Shown piece after piece: positions 28,212 through 38,845 of a stretch of 64,000 bases of DNA (position 1 is the stretch's first letter; the number at the start of each line of letters is the position of its first letter). Location of the stretch: positions 32,288 to 96,287 of the forward strand of contig CAWABQ010000010.1 of the NCBI GenBank assembly GCA_963780265.1, given 5' to 3'. A program made the translations under genes and the position numbers. Below the pieces are notes generated by a model. It did not search any database and had not been told where the DNA came from. It saw only the letters and a program-made list of their open reading frames with translations. This DNA is from Candidatus Bathyarchaeota archaeon (GTDB lineage: Archaea > Thermoproteota > Bathyarchaeia > 40CM-2-53-6).

Positions 28212-29951
28212 TTGCAAATGTCAAACGAGCTAACCGAAAAGATGCGGAAGGCGGCGATACTCAACGCGATTAAGCATAATGGCAAAGCCGACCCCGGAGC
28301 TGTTCTGGGGAACTTGCTCGGGGAAAATGCCGACCTAAAGACAAAGGCAAGGGAACTCACACCATTAGTGAGACAAGTCGTTGACGAAGTCAACTCCATG
28401 CCAATGGAAAAACTCACAGCCACTGCATCGGAAAAATGGCCAGAGGAGGTCGCCAAGGAACGGCCTGAAGAGAAAAAGAAGCTACCGCCCCTCCCGAACG
28501 CCGACAAGTACTCCCTCATAGTAACCCGAATCGCACCGAACCCCGACTTCGTTCTTCACATAGGCAATGCCCGGGCAGTGATCCTAAGCCATGACTACGC
28601 GAGGATGTACAAGGGAAAATTCATTGTTCGGTTCGAAGACACTGACCCACGCCTCAAGAAGGCACAACTAAGATACTACGACATCATCCGCGAGGACTTG
28701 AAGTGGCTAGGCTGCAACTGGGATGAAGAGTACATTCAGAGCGACCGAATCCCCCTCTACTATGAGATGGCTCAAACTCTTCTCGCGAAAGGGGCCGCGT
28801 ACGTTTGTGAATGCAAACCAGAACGATTTCGAGAATTGGTCAACAGCAATTCCGCTTGCCCCGACCGCGAACTGAATGTGGAAACCCAATCGAAACGTTG
28901 GAAGAAGATGCTCGACGGAGGGTACAAAGAGGGCGAAGCTGTTGTCCGCGTGAAGACAGACCTATCGCACCCTAACCCAGCCGTAAGGGACTGGCCGGCC
29001 TTCCGAATCATAGACACCACCAAGAACCCGCACCCCCGTGTGGGATCAAAATTCCGTGTTTGGCCCCTCTACAACATGGCATCTGGCGTGGACGACCACA
29101 CACTTGGCATAACGCACGTGATCAGGGGAAAGGAACACCTCACAAACATGGCACGCCAGGTCTACATGTACAAGCACTTGGGCTGGAAATATCCAGACGC
29201 GGTTCATTACGGGCGGCTCAAGGTTGAGGGTATGGAGCTCAGCAAGTCCAAACTCATGAAAGGCCTTGAATCAGGCGAATACAAAGACGTGGATGATCCC
29301 AGGCTGGGAACACTAGCGGCCCTAAGAAGACGGGGCTACAGCCCAGAGACAATAAGGCAACTCATATGGGACGTCGGTCCCAAACCCGTGGACGTGACGA
29401 TAAGCTGGGACAATATCAACGCCCTAAACCGAAAAATAATCGACCCAACTTCCCACCGATACTATTTCGCCCCAGACCCTATTAGGACGAGGGTCAGTGG
29501 CGTGGAAAAAACCTTTGAAGTGCACGCCGCGCTTCATCCGCAACACCCAGAAATAGGAACCCGAACCCTGAAACTTCAGCCACAGAACGGCGTAGCTTCA
29601 ATCTTCCTCGCAGGGAGCGACAAACCAATCCTCGACTCAGGCAAAGTGGTGCGCTTGATGGGATTGTTCAACCTCAAACCCCTCGCCTTCTCTGATGGTG
29701 AATTGAAAGCCCAGTTTCTTGGCGAAGCCATCAGCAGCGCCGAAAAGGCTCCAATCTTACAGTGGGTTCCAGGGGAGCAAAACCTTCCAGTGGACGTCGT
29801 TATGCCCGATGCAACCATAAAGAACGGGTTCGCTGAGAACGGCTTAAGCTCTGAGCCTGTTGGCTCCGTAATTCAATTTGTGAGGTTTGGTTTCGGTAGA
29901 GTAGACAAAATCACGCCTAACCGGATTACGGTGTACTTTGCGCATCAGTAG
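28212..29951 (+). CDS. gltX: glutamyl-tRNA synthetase, archaeal/eukaryotic type
   Basis: HIGNARA (HIGH) and ELSKSK (KMSKS). Length 579 aa. Confidence 0.85.
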   Translation: MQMSNELTEKMRKAAILNAIKHNGKADPGAVLGNLLGENADLKTKARELTPLVRQVVDEVNSMPMEKLTATASEKWPEEVAKERPEEKKKLPPLPNADKYSLIVTRIAPNPDFVLHIGNARAVILSHDYARMYKGKFIVRFEDTDPRLKKAQLRYYDIIREDLKWLGCNWDEEYIQSDRIPLYYEMAQTLLAKGAAYVCECKPERFRELVNSNSACPDRELNVETQSKRWKKMLDGGYKEGEAVVRVKTDLSHPNPAVRDWPAFRIIDTTKNPHPRVGSKFRVWPLYNMASGVDDHTLGITHVIRGKEHLTNMARQVYMYKHLGWKYPDAVHYGRLKVEGMELSKSKLMKGLESGEYKDVDDPRLGTLAALRRRGYSPETIRQLIWDVGPKPVDVTISWDNINALNRKIIDPTSHRYYFAPDPIRTRVSGVEKTFEVHAALHPQHPEIGTRTLKLQPQNGVASIFLAGSDKPILDSGKVVRLMGLFNLKPLAFSDGELKAQFLGEAISSAEKAPILQWVPGEQNLPVDVVMPDATIKNGFAENGLSSEPVGSVIQFVRFGFGRVDKITPNRITVYFAHQ

Positions 29952-30221
29952 CACGTCTCGCTTTGCCTTCAAGCAAGATGAGGTCAATCCTTTTTCTTCG
30001 GCCAACCTCACTTTACTTCCATCCCAAGATGGGTCAACGACTAATACGCAACCAGAATAGATTCGGATGGTCGGCATCGTTTTGATGCGATACCCATGTG
30101 AGTTCAACGCTTTCAATTTAATAAACCCGGACAAGGAGGGCGGGCCGCTGGATGAGTTGAACCCGATCGGGAATAGAAACCCTTATCCAAGCAGCTTGAT
30201 GATTCTACGAACCGAAAGGTT

Positions 30222-30632
30222 TTGTCGGCTCAAGCGAAACAAGACATTAAGATTAAACCTAGTTTTGTGCCGTTCGCTTGGAAAGGTTTTGTCATAATAT
30301 TATTGGGTATCGTGGTTTACGGTGTGAGCTTTCTCTTCAAGTCACTCTCTCTCCTCATGTATGTGGCGTTGGGACTGGTTGGCTTAGGGGTTTTGGGTAT
30401 GTTGATTGGTGTTGTTCGTAGGAACGCGTTCACGTATCTGATTACTGACTCTGATGTTGTTGTGAAGAAGCAGTTGTTGCGTCGTAGTGTTCGACACATT
30501 CCGTTCTCGTCTATTAGTGATGTGCAGGTCTCGCAGAGTATTGTGGGTCGATTGGCAAAGTATGGGGATGTTGTTCCTGTGACAAAGAGTGGCTACGGCT
30601 TAGTTCGCGGACGGAGCCTGGTGAAAACATAG
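30222..30632 (+). CDS. membrane protein with bacterial-PH (bPH_2/DUF304-like) domain
   Basis: Two N-terminal TM helices, then FTYLITDSDVVVKKQLLRRSVRHIPFSSISDVQV. Confidence 0.4.
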   Translation: MSAQAKQDIKIKPSFVPFAWKGFVIILLGIVVYGVSFLFKSLSLLMYVALGLVGLGVLGMLIGVVRRNAFTYLITDSDVVVKKQLLRRSVRHIPFSSISDVQVSQSIVGRLAKYGDVVPVTKSGYGLVRGRSLVKT

Positions 30633-30851
30633 TCGCAGAAATGGCCGATGTCCCGAACCCGGACAAGGTAGCTGATTTGATCCTGTCCAGATTGCGCGCC
30701 AGCACGGTTACTTAGCACCCGCGACCTTTCCCCTGCCGATAATCCGGGCCTTAGCACGCTGACTTACTGGGCCATTGATATTGCGTCCACAATAATTCTT
30801 TTCGTTTCCCGGGTCCGGGTTTGCGGTCTTCCGTGTTTCAGGATAGGGTGG

Positions 30852-32510
30852 TTACATCATGCCTGGTGGCATTCCGCCAGGCATTCCTCCCGGCATCCCG
30901 CCGGGGCCTCCTGGAGGACCGCCTTCCTTCGTGCCTTTTGAGGAGAGGATGTCATCTATCCGCAGGAGCATGCAGGCGGCTTCTGTGGCGGATTTGACGG
31001 CTTGCTGTTTCACCCTGAGCGGTTCGACTATGTTATCCGTGAGCATGTCAGCGATCTTGCCGGTTTTGACTTGGACGCCAAACCATTTGTTTTCTGGGTT
31101 TGCGTGTTTTGATCTTAGTTCGACCATTATGTCGATTGGGTCGAGTCCGCTGTTTTCAGCTATTGTGAGGGGGATGGCTTCCAGTGCTTCGGCGTAGGCT
31201 TCGATGGCGAGTTGTTCGCGGCCTCCCACTTTTAGAGCGTAGTCGCGAAGTTGCTTGGCTGTTTCAGCTTCGGGGGCTCCTCCGCCAGCAACAATCTTGC
31301 CATCCTCGACGGCGTTTCTGACTACGCAGAGGGCGTCGTGGAATGATCGTTCAGCTTCGTCGACAACATGGTCGGAGCCGCCCCTGATCATCACGGTGAC
31401 CGAGTGAGGGTCTTTGCAGTCGCGAACGTAAACGAGTTTGTCGTCTCCAATCTTCACTTCTTCGACGAGTTTTGCTTCACCGAGTCCTTCTGATGGTATG
31501 TCTTTGGTGCTGGCTTGTATGGTTCCGCCGGTGGCTTTGGCGAGTTTCTCCATGTCGCCGCTGCTCACGTTCTTGACGGCCATTATGTTCTTCTTGGCGA
31601 GGAAGTGCAAGGCCATGTCGTCGATGCCTTTCTCGCAGAAGATTACATTGGCCCCGCTCTTCGCTACCTTCTCGGTCATTTCGCGGAGCATTGATTCTTC
31701 TTCGTCGAGGAAGCCTTTCATTTGGTCTGGTGAATTGATGTTAATTTTGGCGTCGAACTCGGTCTTCTCAATCTCGAGTTTCGCGTTGAGTAGGGCGATC
31801 TTCGCGTTTCTTACTTGTTTTGGCATTTGGGGGTGTGCGATCTCTTTGTCGACAACGATGCCTTTGACGAGTTCGCTTTGCTCCATGCTCTCGCCCTTTT
31901 TCTTCAAAACCTTGATTCGGTCTATGTCGGCGGTAATCTTGCCATCTCTCTCTTCCATGACCTGACGGATGGCTTTCGTGGCTAGTGTTCCGAGGTGTTC
32001 GCTCGTTCCTACGGTTGCCTTTGTGCTCATCGAGGTCATTGCAATGAGTTTAAGCATCTTTTCGTCGTCAGGTTGTATGTCGATTGATAGGTTTTGGAGA
32101 ATCTCCAAGGCTTTGTCGGAGGCCTTCTTGTAGCCTTCAACGATTACGGTTGGGTGGACTTCCTGGTCGAGAAGCTTCTCTGCCCTCGTCAAGAGTTCGC
32201 CGGCGAGAACAACGACGGTGGTCGTACCATCCCCCACTTCACTGTCTTGGCTCTTCGCTACCTCAACAAGCATCTTGGCGGCGGGATGTTGAACATCCAG
32301 TTCCTTCATTATGGTGGCTCCGTCGTTTGTTATGACTACGTCACCCATACCCGAGACCAGCATTTTGTCCATCCCTTGCGGGCCGAGCGTGGTCTTGATG
32401 GTTTCAGTGATAACTTTCGCGGCGAGTATGTTGTTCCGTTGCGCATCCTTTCCCGTAGTACGCTGAGAACCTTCTCTCAGAATCATAACTTGCATTCCTT
32501 GTGTGGACAT
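30852..32510 (-). CDS. thermosome subunit (group II chaperonin), paralog 1
   Basis: [33 protein letters not shown]...GDGTTT...[14 protein letters not shown] and C-terminal [16 protein letters not shown] tail. Confidence 0.9.
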   Translation of the reverse strand: MSTQGMQVMILREGSQRTTGKDAQRNNILAAKVITETIKTTLGPQGMDKMLVSGMGDVVITNDGATIMKELDVQHPAAKMLVEVAKSQDSEVGDGTTTVVVLAGELLTRAEKLLDQEVHPTVIVEGYKKASDKALEILQNLSIDIQPDDEKMLKLIAMTSMSTKATVGTSEHLGTLATKAIRQVMEERDGKITADIDRIKVLKKKGESMEQSELVKGIVVDKEIAHPQMPKQVRNAKIALLNAKLEIEKTEFDAKININSPDQMKGFLDEEESMLREMTEKVAKSGANVIFCEKGIDDMALHFLAKKNIMAVKNVSSGDMEKLAKATGGTIQASTKDIPSEGLGEAKLVEEVKIGDDKLVYVRDCKDPHSVTVMIRGGSDHVVDEAERSFHDALCVVRNAVEDGKIVAGGGAPEAETAKQLRDYALKVGGREQLAIEAYAEALEAIPLTIAENSGLDPIDIMVELRSKHANPENKWFGVQVKTGKIADMLTDNIVEPLRVKQQAVKSATEAACMLLRIDDILSSKGTKEGGPPGGPGGMPGGMPGGMPPGMM

Positions 32511-34024
32511 ATTGGATCATCAAATTGTAACTTCGATTCGTGAGGTAACGACCTTGACCTAGAATCAGAGGCCTGGTCTTAGAGAGCCTCGAGATTGTGT
32601 GGCCTGCGCCACATGGTTTTCGGCTGTTACCTCTGGTAACTTATATGTCGTCCGTGCTATATTAACTACACAATAAGCTCTCTCTTCCGAGCCCCAATCC
32701 GACAACCACACCCTTTCCTGTTTCTGAGAATACGTACGATTTCAAATCTGAAAAGACAACTTCACCGCTTGAGCAAGTCAAAATCGATGCTCCACGCACC
32801 GCTCACACAAGGATTGAGCGTTACGTCAGAATAAACTGCAAGACCATGACCCGCAACGGTCACAGTAGCCCTCGACCACCATAGGAGCCCTCCTTCTACC
32901 GGGATTAGTCCTTCCGATTTGTCGTGTGGCAGCGCTCGAAGCAACCCTCAGTTCTAGTCGTGAGTCCTCGTCGTTTTCCTTCTCTTTCTTCTTCTCGACT
33001 TATCCTCTTGATCTTGAGGCAATCATGTCACGCAACTAGGAATTTGGAATTCTTTTTCGTAATTCCTTTTTGTCATAAGATTTACTGACCCTCGTTCTGT
33101 TCTCTTCTTGTTTCCGTTCCTTTCTCCTCTCTTCCTTTCTGCGGCTGGTTATTCTCATTCTTCTGACTCTACGTCTCTCCTTTCCTTTCACAGCCGATCC
33201 CCCAATAACTACTGCTGAGAGCCCCTCTTGTCAAATCGAGGTCTTACTGAATTGAAGTAGGCGCACGAATAGAACTTTTCCTATTTATTTCCAGGAGTAT
33301 AAGTGGTCAGGGGTTCGGGGCACGTCGCGGGTGTATGAAGGATTCACGACATTGGTCTGAGCAGAATGCGTACCCCTCGTGTAGAACAGGTTTGTCGATT
33401 TTCTTACCGCAGTTTGAACAATACGTCACGTGAGTCTCGTTCGCCTCTGCGGTCAACTCTCTCTACACCGTTTTCGATTTCTGGCTCCCTTACCTCTATG
33501 TCAGGCGTCGTCTACAAACGTTTGGGATTAGGGTGGCCATTGTTTCCGTCTTCGACTCTCGATAATGCCTTAAGGCTGATCTTTGAGTTTAATTGTCGAT
33601 GGCGAGAATTATCCCCGAGGGCATGACGGAAGCAGAATCCTGGCTTTGCAATTCGAGGCCAAAGGATAGCAGGAAAGGTTCTTCTGTTCGCATGTTACTG
33701 AATCTGATGGAAGAGTCCTGATTTGACGAGACCTGAATGGCAGAAGAAACTAAAGAAAATGGCCAGTAGAGCGGGTCAAGGGACTGGCGGGGCGCTGTAG
33801 ACTTTGGCGCAAGTTGGGAAGGGCCTTAAAGACCGATTATGCCCCAGTTGCCATCAATCAACCTACGCCCTGTGTGGAACCTGCGGGAAGTGCAACAAGT
33901 GCTGCAATTGTAGCTCAAACACTAACCGCTCGGACACCGAGCCAGGTTAATTCACAATCTACCGGCGTTCGCATCAGGACGAATCCACTCTCCGCACTGG
34001 ACGCTCCCAGCATCTTCCGGCGAG

Positions 34025-34336
34025 ATGTTGAGTATGCTAAGAGCATTTGAAGCGCACCCACAAGACATGCGGCTGATCCTAGTCCAGAACATAAGCCCGA
34101 AATACCTATCCCGCAAGTATGCTGACCAAAAGTTGAAAGTTCAAGATGGCATTGTGAGCAGGCTGATTGAGCAAGGGGAAAGGTTGAAGGGCTATGAGAA
34201 CTGCCCGAAATGCGGCTATTACAGTCTGGAACTCAAGGTTCTACTTGACGAAATTGACAAACTGTCCAGACTGCAAAACAATGACTCCACAGAGCGCATA
34301 CAGCGTATGAGAGAGTCCGACAAAGCACGCGCTTGA
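34025..34336 (+). CDS. hypothetical coiled-coil protein with CxxC pair
   Basis: ORF 103 aa, NCPKCGYYSLELK. No family recognised. Confidence 0.25.
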   Translation: MLSMLRAFEAHPQDMRLILVQNISPKYLSRKYADQKLKVQDGIVSRLIEQGERLKGYENCPKCGYYSLELKVLLDEIDKLSRLQNNDSTERIQRMRESDKARA

Positions 34337-34417
34337 TGAGGGTCATTAGCTATTTACGGAAAGCGGATATGGAAAAAGAGGTAGACTGGGAGCGGATCCT
34401 CCCAGGTTACTAGAGAT

Positions 34418-34942
34418 TTACGCCTTAATGTAAGGCTGGTATGCGAATAGAGTCTCGCTTCTCCAGATGCCCTCAGTTTGGGCGATCTGCTCGACGCTCG
34501 TCTTCATGAGATCCTCATAGTTCGCAGTCTTGTAACTCATGATGATGTCGAACTGACCTGGAACACTCCATGCGTCGTGTAGGGCCGGCATCTTCTTCAA
34601 CTTCTGTAATACTTCTGGTAGTGGTCTGTTGATTGATAGAAGGCTGAATCCCCACACTCCTTTGGCTTCAAGTTTCTGGCCGTTGATGAATCCATCGTTT
34701 GCCGTGAAAGTATTGGTGGCGTTTACGCCGTGAATAGTGCGTATCTTGTTGACTAGGTTGTAGATTTGTTCTGGATTGTTGGTCTTTAGTCGCATGACTA
34801 TATCGTATCGACCGGTAACTTGTGAGGTGAACTCTATTTCGCTGAACTTCCGTAATTCCTCAACCACATGGTTCACTTTGTCACGTTGGACCTTGGCGAA
34901 CACGTAAGTCGGGAAAATTTTGTTTGCTTGCATTATATTCAC
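34418..34942 (-). CDS. tandem Lrp/AsnC-type C-terminal (RAM) ligand-binding domain protein lacking HTH
   Basis: Two about 80-aa halves with a beta-alpha-beta-beta-alpha-beta pattern (VFAKVQRD...VTGRYDIVMRL and WGFSLLSI...VPGQFDIIMSYK). Confidence 0.35.
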   Translation of the reverse strand: MNIMQANKIFPTYVFAKVQRDKVNHVVEELRKFSEIEFTSQVTGRYDIVMRLKTNNPEQIYNLVNKIRTIHGVNATNTFTANDGFINGQKLEAKGVWGFSLLSINRPLPEVLQKLKKMPALHDAWSVPGQFDIIMSYKTANYEDLMKTSVEQIAQTEGIWRSETLFAYQPYIKA

Positions 34943-35049
34943 CTACTAACTCCAAGTATTATTAGTGCTAGTTATACATGTATCATGCTTATAACACTTG
35001 TTACCCAAAGATATATTTGTAACATTGACCATTTTACGCTCGAACCGCT

Positions 35050-35724
35050 ATGACTTCAAGACCCACAATATCCGAAGTCGTAATCGACATCATAAGTCGA
35101 AATCATCCGGTTTACGAACACCTCCGGATGGGGCTGATCAATTACCACGCACTAGCTGAGAAAATTAAGCCGATGGTGGATCGGGTTACTGGTAGGGATG
35201 TGAATGTTAACACTATGGTTGTGGTTATCAAGAGATTTTCCGATTCACAGTCGAAGCTTGGGCTACCACCCACAATGTCCGTACTTAGAAATTCGAAGAT
35301 GACGTTGAGTAGCGGAGTGGTCGACGTAACAATTACACCTAAGAGAGAAGCCTTCATCAACGAATTGAAGAGGCTAGTTGAACTATCCACTGAGCTGAAC
35401 GAACGCCCTCACATCTTCCCGCTTGTAAGCTCTATCAAGATCATAGCCGACGCAAACGATTATGGAAAACTGAAAACGGCACTGAAGAGTCGATACCCCC
35501 TAAAACCCCGACTGAACGCGGCGAAGATTACAATACATCTATCCGAGGAAGCTGAGAGGTCACCTGGAATCGCAGCGTACATAACTGACCTACTTTACCG
35601 CAACGGAATAAACATCGTAGACGCATTCCTAGGATACGAAGATATCATTCTGGTACTCAATGAATCCGACGGACCACGAGCATACACAATACTGGAAGAA
35701 GCAACCAGAGAGGGTCGCAAATAA
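35050..35724 (+). CDS. HTH plus ACT-like domain protein (COG1707-like), function unknown
   Basis: N-terminal helical segment and C-terminal IAAYITDLLYRNGINIVDAFLGYEDIILVL (ACT-like). Confidence 0.3.
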   Translation: MTSRPTISEVVIDIISRNHPVYEHLRMGLINYHALAEKIKPMVDRVTGRDVNVNTMVVVIKRFSDSQSKLGLPPTMSVLRNSKMTLSSGVVDVTITPKREAFINELKRLVELSTELNERPHIFPLVSSIKIIADANDYGKLKTALKSRYPLKPRLNAAKITIHLSEEAERSPGIAAYITDLLYRNGINIVDAFLGYEDIILVLNESDGPRAYTILEEATREGRK

Positions 35725-35748
35725 GCTGGGTAATTTAGGAGAATCGTC

Positions 35749-37518
35749 ATGACCCACAAGCCCCAGGACAATGGAATTGAGCGGCCTTTACTGGAATGGG
35801 TAAATGCTGTTGCTAAGACAACTAAACCGGATGGCATCGTCTGGTGTGACGGGTCTGATGAAGAATTTCACTCTCTTATCAAACTGATGACCGCAGATGG
35901 GACACTGATTGAACTCAACCAAAATAAATATCCAAACTGCTATCTCCACAGAAGCAACCCGAACGACGTCGCCAGAACCGAAGAAGCGACCTTCATCTGC
36001 ACAAAGAACATAGAGGATGTGGGTCCCACAAATAATTGGATGCCTTCTGATGAAGGCAAGGCAAAGTTACTGAGGCTTTTTGACGGCTGCATGAAAGGGC
36101 GAACAATGTATGTTATCTCATACCTGCTAGGACCTGCAGGTTCGCCTTATTCTCAGGTTGGAGTTGAGCTCACTGATAGCCCCTACGTCGTTGCAAATAT
36201 GGAAATTATGACGAAAGTCGGCAAGGTTGCGTTGGAGCATATGAAGGACGGCGAATTTGTGAAGGGCATACATTCGACCGGCCAGTTGGATCCCGATAGA
36301 AGGTACATCTGCCATTTTCCTGAGGAGAATCTCATAATGAGTTTGAACTCGAATTACGGTGGAAACGCCCTCCTGAGCAAGAAATGCCACTCCCTGAGGC
36401 TGGCGAGCGTGATGGCGAGAGATGAAGGATGGCTGGCCGAACACATGCTAATCATAGGAATAGAAGACCCGGACGGCACAGTAACTTACGTGACCGGGGC
36501 GTTTCCAAGCGCCAGCGGTAAAACTAACGTCGCCATGCTCAAGCCGCCAGAATACATGAAGGACTGGAAGGTCTGGGCGGTCAGCGACGACATAGCTTGG
36601 ATACACCTAGATTCCGAAGGCAGGTTGAGAGCAATCAACCCCGAGAGTGGATTCTTCGGGGTGGCGCCTAACACCAACGACAGAACGAACCCGAAAATAA
36701 TGGAAACGATAAGGAAGAACACAATATTCACGAATGTCGCCTTGGCGATGGACGGAACTCCATGGTGGGAAGGCATGGGCGACCACCCCAGAAAACTTTG
36801 GGATTGGCAAGGGAAAGTATGGTCAGCCGGCAAGAGGAGCGCCGCTCATCCAAACTCAAGGTTCACAACTTCAATCAATCAATACCGATTCCTATCTCCG
36901 GAGTACACAAATCCGAATGGCGTTCCAATCACCGCCATAATTTTCGGAGGAAGAAGATCCGATCTTGTTCCGTTAGTTTACGAATCATTCAGCTGGGAAC
37001 ACGGCGTCCTAATGGGCGCCATGCTTAGAGTTGAAACCACGGCCGCCGCTGCAGGGGAGGTTGGAGTTCTAAGATACGACCCCATGGCGATGAAACCATT
37101 CTGCGGATACCACATCGCCGACTACTTCAAACATTGGCTTTCGTTTCGATCAAAAAGCGAAAACCTCCCGAAAATATTCCAGATAAATGCATTCAGAATG
37201 GGACGAGATGGAAGATTCCTCTGGCCCGGGTATGGTCACAACCTCGTCGCTCTCAAGTGGATAGTCGACCGGTGTAGAGGTAGAGCTGATGCGGTTGAAA
37301 CGCCAATAGGCTACGTTCCGACCCCTGAATCGCTCAACCTAAACGAGATGAATCTTCCAGGAAGCACAATCGAAGAGTTGCTACAGGTCAATAAGACAGC
37401 GTGGATGGACGAGCTAGAATCCTCTTCGATGTTCTTCAAAACTCTCGGAGAACAATTTCCTGACATATTGTGGCAGGAGCTTTCGAAATTAACAGATAGA
37501 CTACAAAATCCGGCCTAG
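35749..37518 (+). CDS. pckG: phosphoenolpyruvate carboxykinase (GTP)
   Basis: NSNYGGNALLSKKCHSLRLAS (kinase-1a/P-loop), GAFPSASGKTN, and overall 589-aa collinearity with PEPCK-GTP. Confidence 0.85.
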   Translation: MTHKPQDNGIERPLLEWVNAVAKTTKPDGIVWCDGSDEEFHSLIKLMTADGTLIELNQNKYPNCYLHRSNPNDVARTEEATFICTKNIEDVGPTNNWMPSDEGKAKLLRLFDGCMKGRTMYVISYLLGPAGSPYSQVGVELTDSPYVVANMEIMTKVGKVALEHMKDGEFVKGIHSTGQLDPDRRYICHFPEENLIMSLNSNYGGNALLSKKCHSLRLASVMARDEGWLAEHMLIIGIEDPDGTVTYVTGAFPSASGKTNVAMLKPPEYMKDWKVWAVSDDIAWIHLDSEGRLRAINPESGFFGVAPNTNDRTNPKIMETIRKNTIFTNVALAMDGTPWWEGMGDHPRKLWDWQGKVWSAGKRSAAHPNSRFTTSINQYRFLSPEYTNPNGVPITAIIFGGRRSDLVPLVYESFSWEHGVLMGAMLRVETTAAAAGEVGVLRYDPMAMKPFCGYHIADYFKHWLSFRSKSENLPKIFQINAFRMGRDGRFLWPGYGHNLVALKWIVDRCRGRADAVETPIGYVPTPESLNLNEMNLPGSTIEELLQVNKTAWMDELESSSMFFKTLGEQFPDILWQELSKLTDRLQNPA

Positions 37519-37633
37519 CAAATCATCACTAAACCGTGTCCCTAGGGCTTATATGGTCTACGTACTGAATTTGCAGGATTCCATTGTCAAGTAACGAAAG
37601 AGTACAGAGCGGGAACGGTTCTTCGGTTTTATC

Positions 37634-38050
37634 GTGGGTCTGGTGGTGATTCTTGTTCTTGTCTTCGCTGTGTTACCCGTTCCCGTGAATAGTTATGTTA
37701 TGCTGGGCATCGTCGTGGTTTGGGTTGCGGCCATTGTCTGGTTGTATCGAGTCAAAGGTAGAGCGCGGAATGTACGCTCGCATTCGTTGATTGATACCGT
37801 ATCCCTCATTTTTGCGGTCGTTACAGAAATTTCGAGTGCCTATATCCTATACCTTGCAGGTTATCTAAAGGGAAGCTACGATATTCTAGCTCCCCTAATC
37901 AAAATTATGAACATCCCATTTTCTACTGACTTACATGTGGTCTATATTGGAATAGCTATTTCTTCACTCGGAATAACAACAGGTACCATTACTATAGCGT
38001 TCGTTATGTTTCATCGCAGACTGATGCGCGGTAAGAAAGCCCACTCTTAA
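37634..38050 (+). CDS. small integral membrane protein (4 TM)
   Basis: Hydropathy only. Confidence 0.3.
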   Translation: MGLVVILVLVFAVLPVPVNSYVMLGIVVVWVAAIVWLYRVKGRARNVRSHSLIDTVSLIFAVVTEISSAYILYLAGYLKGSYDILAPLIKIMNIPFSTDLHVVYIGIAISSLGITTGTITIAFVMFHRRLMRGKKAHS

Positions 38051-38130
38051 CTGGCCTTCAAATCTGCCACAAATACGTGCGCCCCATATGGGACTAAACG
38101 GTTGATAGGGCACTGTCAGGAGATTGACCA

Positions 38131-38508
38131 TTGACCATAACTGAAAAGAGGGGTGCAGGTGACGTAGAGGTACCGTTACCCCAATCGGAAGGTTTCTTAA
38201 GCTACAATGCTCACCTAAAATCCAGACTTAAGTTGCCGATCTCTAGGAACGAATTTGAGAAACTAAAAGCAATTGGGCCAACTTTAGAAGTAGAAGTCCT
38301 CGCATTCCTCAGCAAGAATCATCAATCGGCCTACACTTCTAATGAGATTGTTCACAATCTTATTCCGTTGACCGTAGTTGATCCAATGAATGACCCTAAT
38401 GTAGAGCGAGTAAACGTAGCATTAGAGAACTTGCTAACAAGAAAGGCGGTTTTGGGCAAAGAACGAGAGACATCTACTGGTTCGCAATATTATTTCACGG
38501 TCGCATAA
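38131..38508 (+). CDS. hypothetical protein, possible winged-helix
   Basis: EVLAFLSKNHQSAYTSNEIVHNL helix-turn-helix-like segment. Confidence 0.25.
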   Translation: MTITEKRGAGDVEVPLPQSEGFLSYNAHLKSRLKLPISRNEFEKLKAIGPTLEVEVLAFLSKNHQSAYTSNEIVHNLIPLTVVDPMNDPNVERVNVALENLLTRKAVLGKERETSTGSQYYFTVA

Positions 38509-38709
38509 AAGCAACAAGATAGAGACACCAAACGGTTTGCCGCGCCCTCTCATATCAAGCGACAATGGCGCGTTACCTAAAACTGGTCGGTAGGTGACGG
38601 TCTTTTCCGAGAGGGGTGACGAGAAAGTATCGCTACCCTGTATCCCGCTCATCAACCGAAAAGTAACAGCCAAAGACCCTAACCAGACCGAAAACGGTCA
38701 AACTTGGCA

Positions 38710-38844
38710 ATGAACAAGATAATGGTAGCCATGTCAGACGACATGGTAAAAGCACTAGAACAAGAACGGAAAGCCCGAAAACTCGAATCCATACCAGAAG
38801 CCGTAAGAGCTGTACTAGGAGAATACTTCAAAACGAAGGCTTGA
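38710..38844 (+). CDS. ribbon-helix-helix (CopG/antitoxin-like) small protein, 44 aa, not in ORF track
   Basis: MNKIMVAMSDDMVKALEQERKARKLESIPEAVRAVLGEYFKTKA shows the RHH pattern (beta-strand VAMSDDMV, helix-turn-helix). Confidence 0.4.
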   Translation: MNKIMVAMSDDMVKALEQERKARKLESIPEAVRAVLGEYFKTKA

Positions 38845-38845
38845 G

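Noticed and set aside
31438-31965. 175-aa plus-strand ORF inside the thermosome gene (also 30859..31197, 32094..32543, 42248..43183, 41603..41935, 41964..42251)
   Set aside because: Antisense or overlapping frames within strongly supported chaperonin genes. Ser/Pro-rich translations typical of antisense reading.
32940-33200. Pyrimidine-rich tract considered as a possible repeat array or CRISPR leader
   Set aside because: No periodic unit or spacer structure, only low-complexity CT-rich sequence.
33366-34050. ORFs 33366..33626 and 33814..34050 in the long intergenic region
   Set aside because: Ser/Thr/Arg-rich translations without motifs; weak start contexts. More likely non-coding or decayed sequence.
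36127-36940. ORFs antisense to or in alternative frames of pckG (36127..36444, 36486..36833, 36607..36810, 36734..36940, 36762..37028)
   Set aside because: Inside a well-supported 589-aa PEPCK gene.
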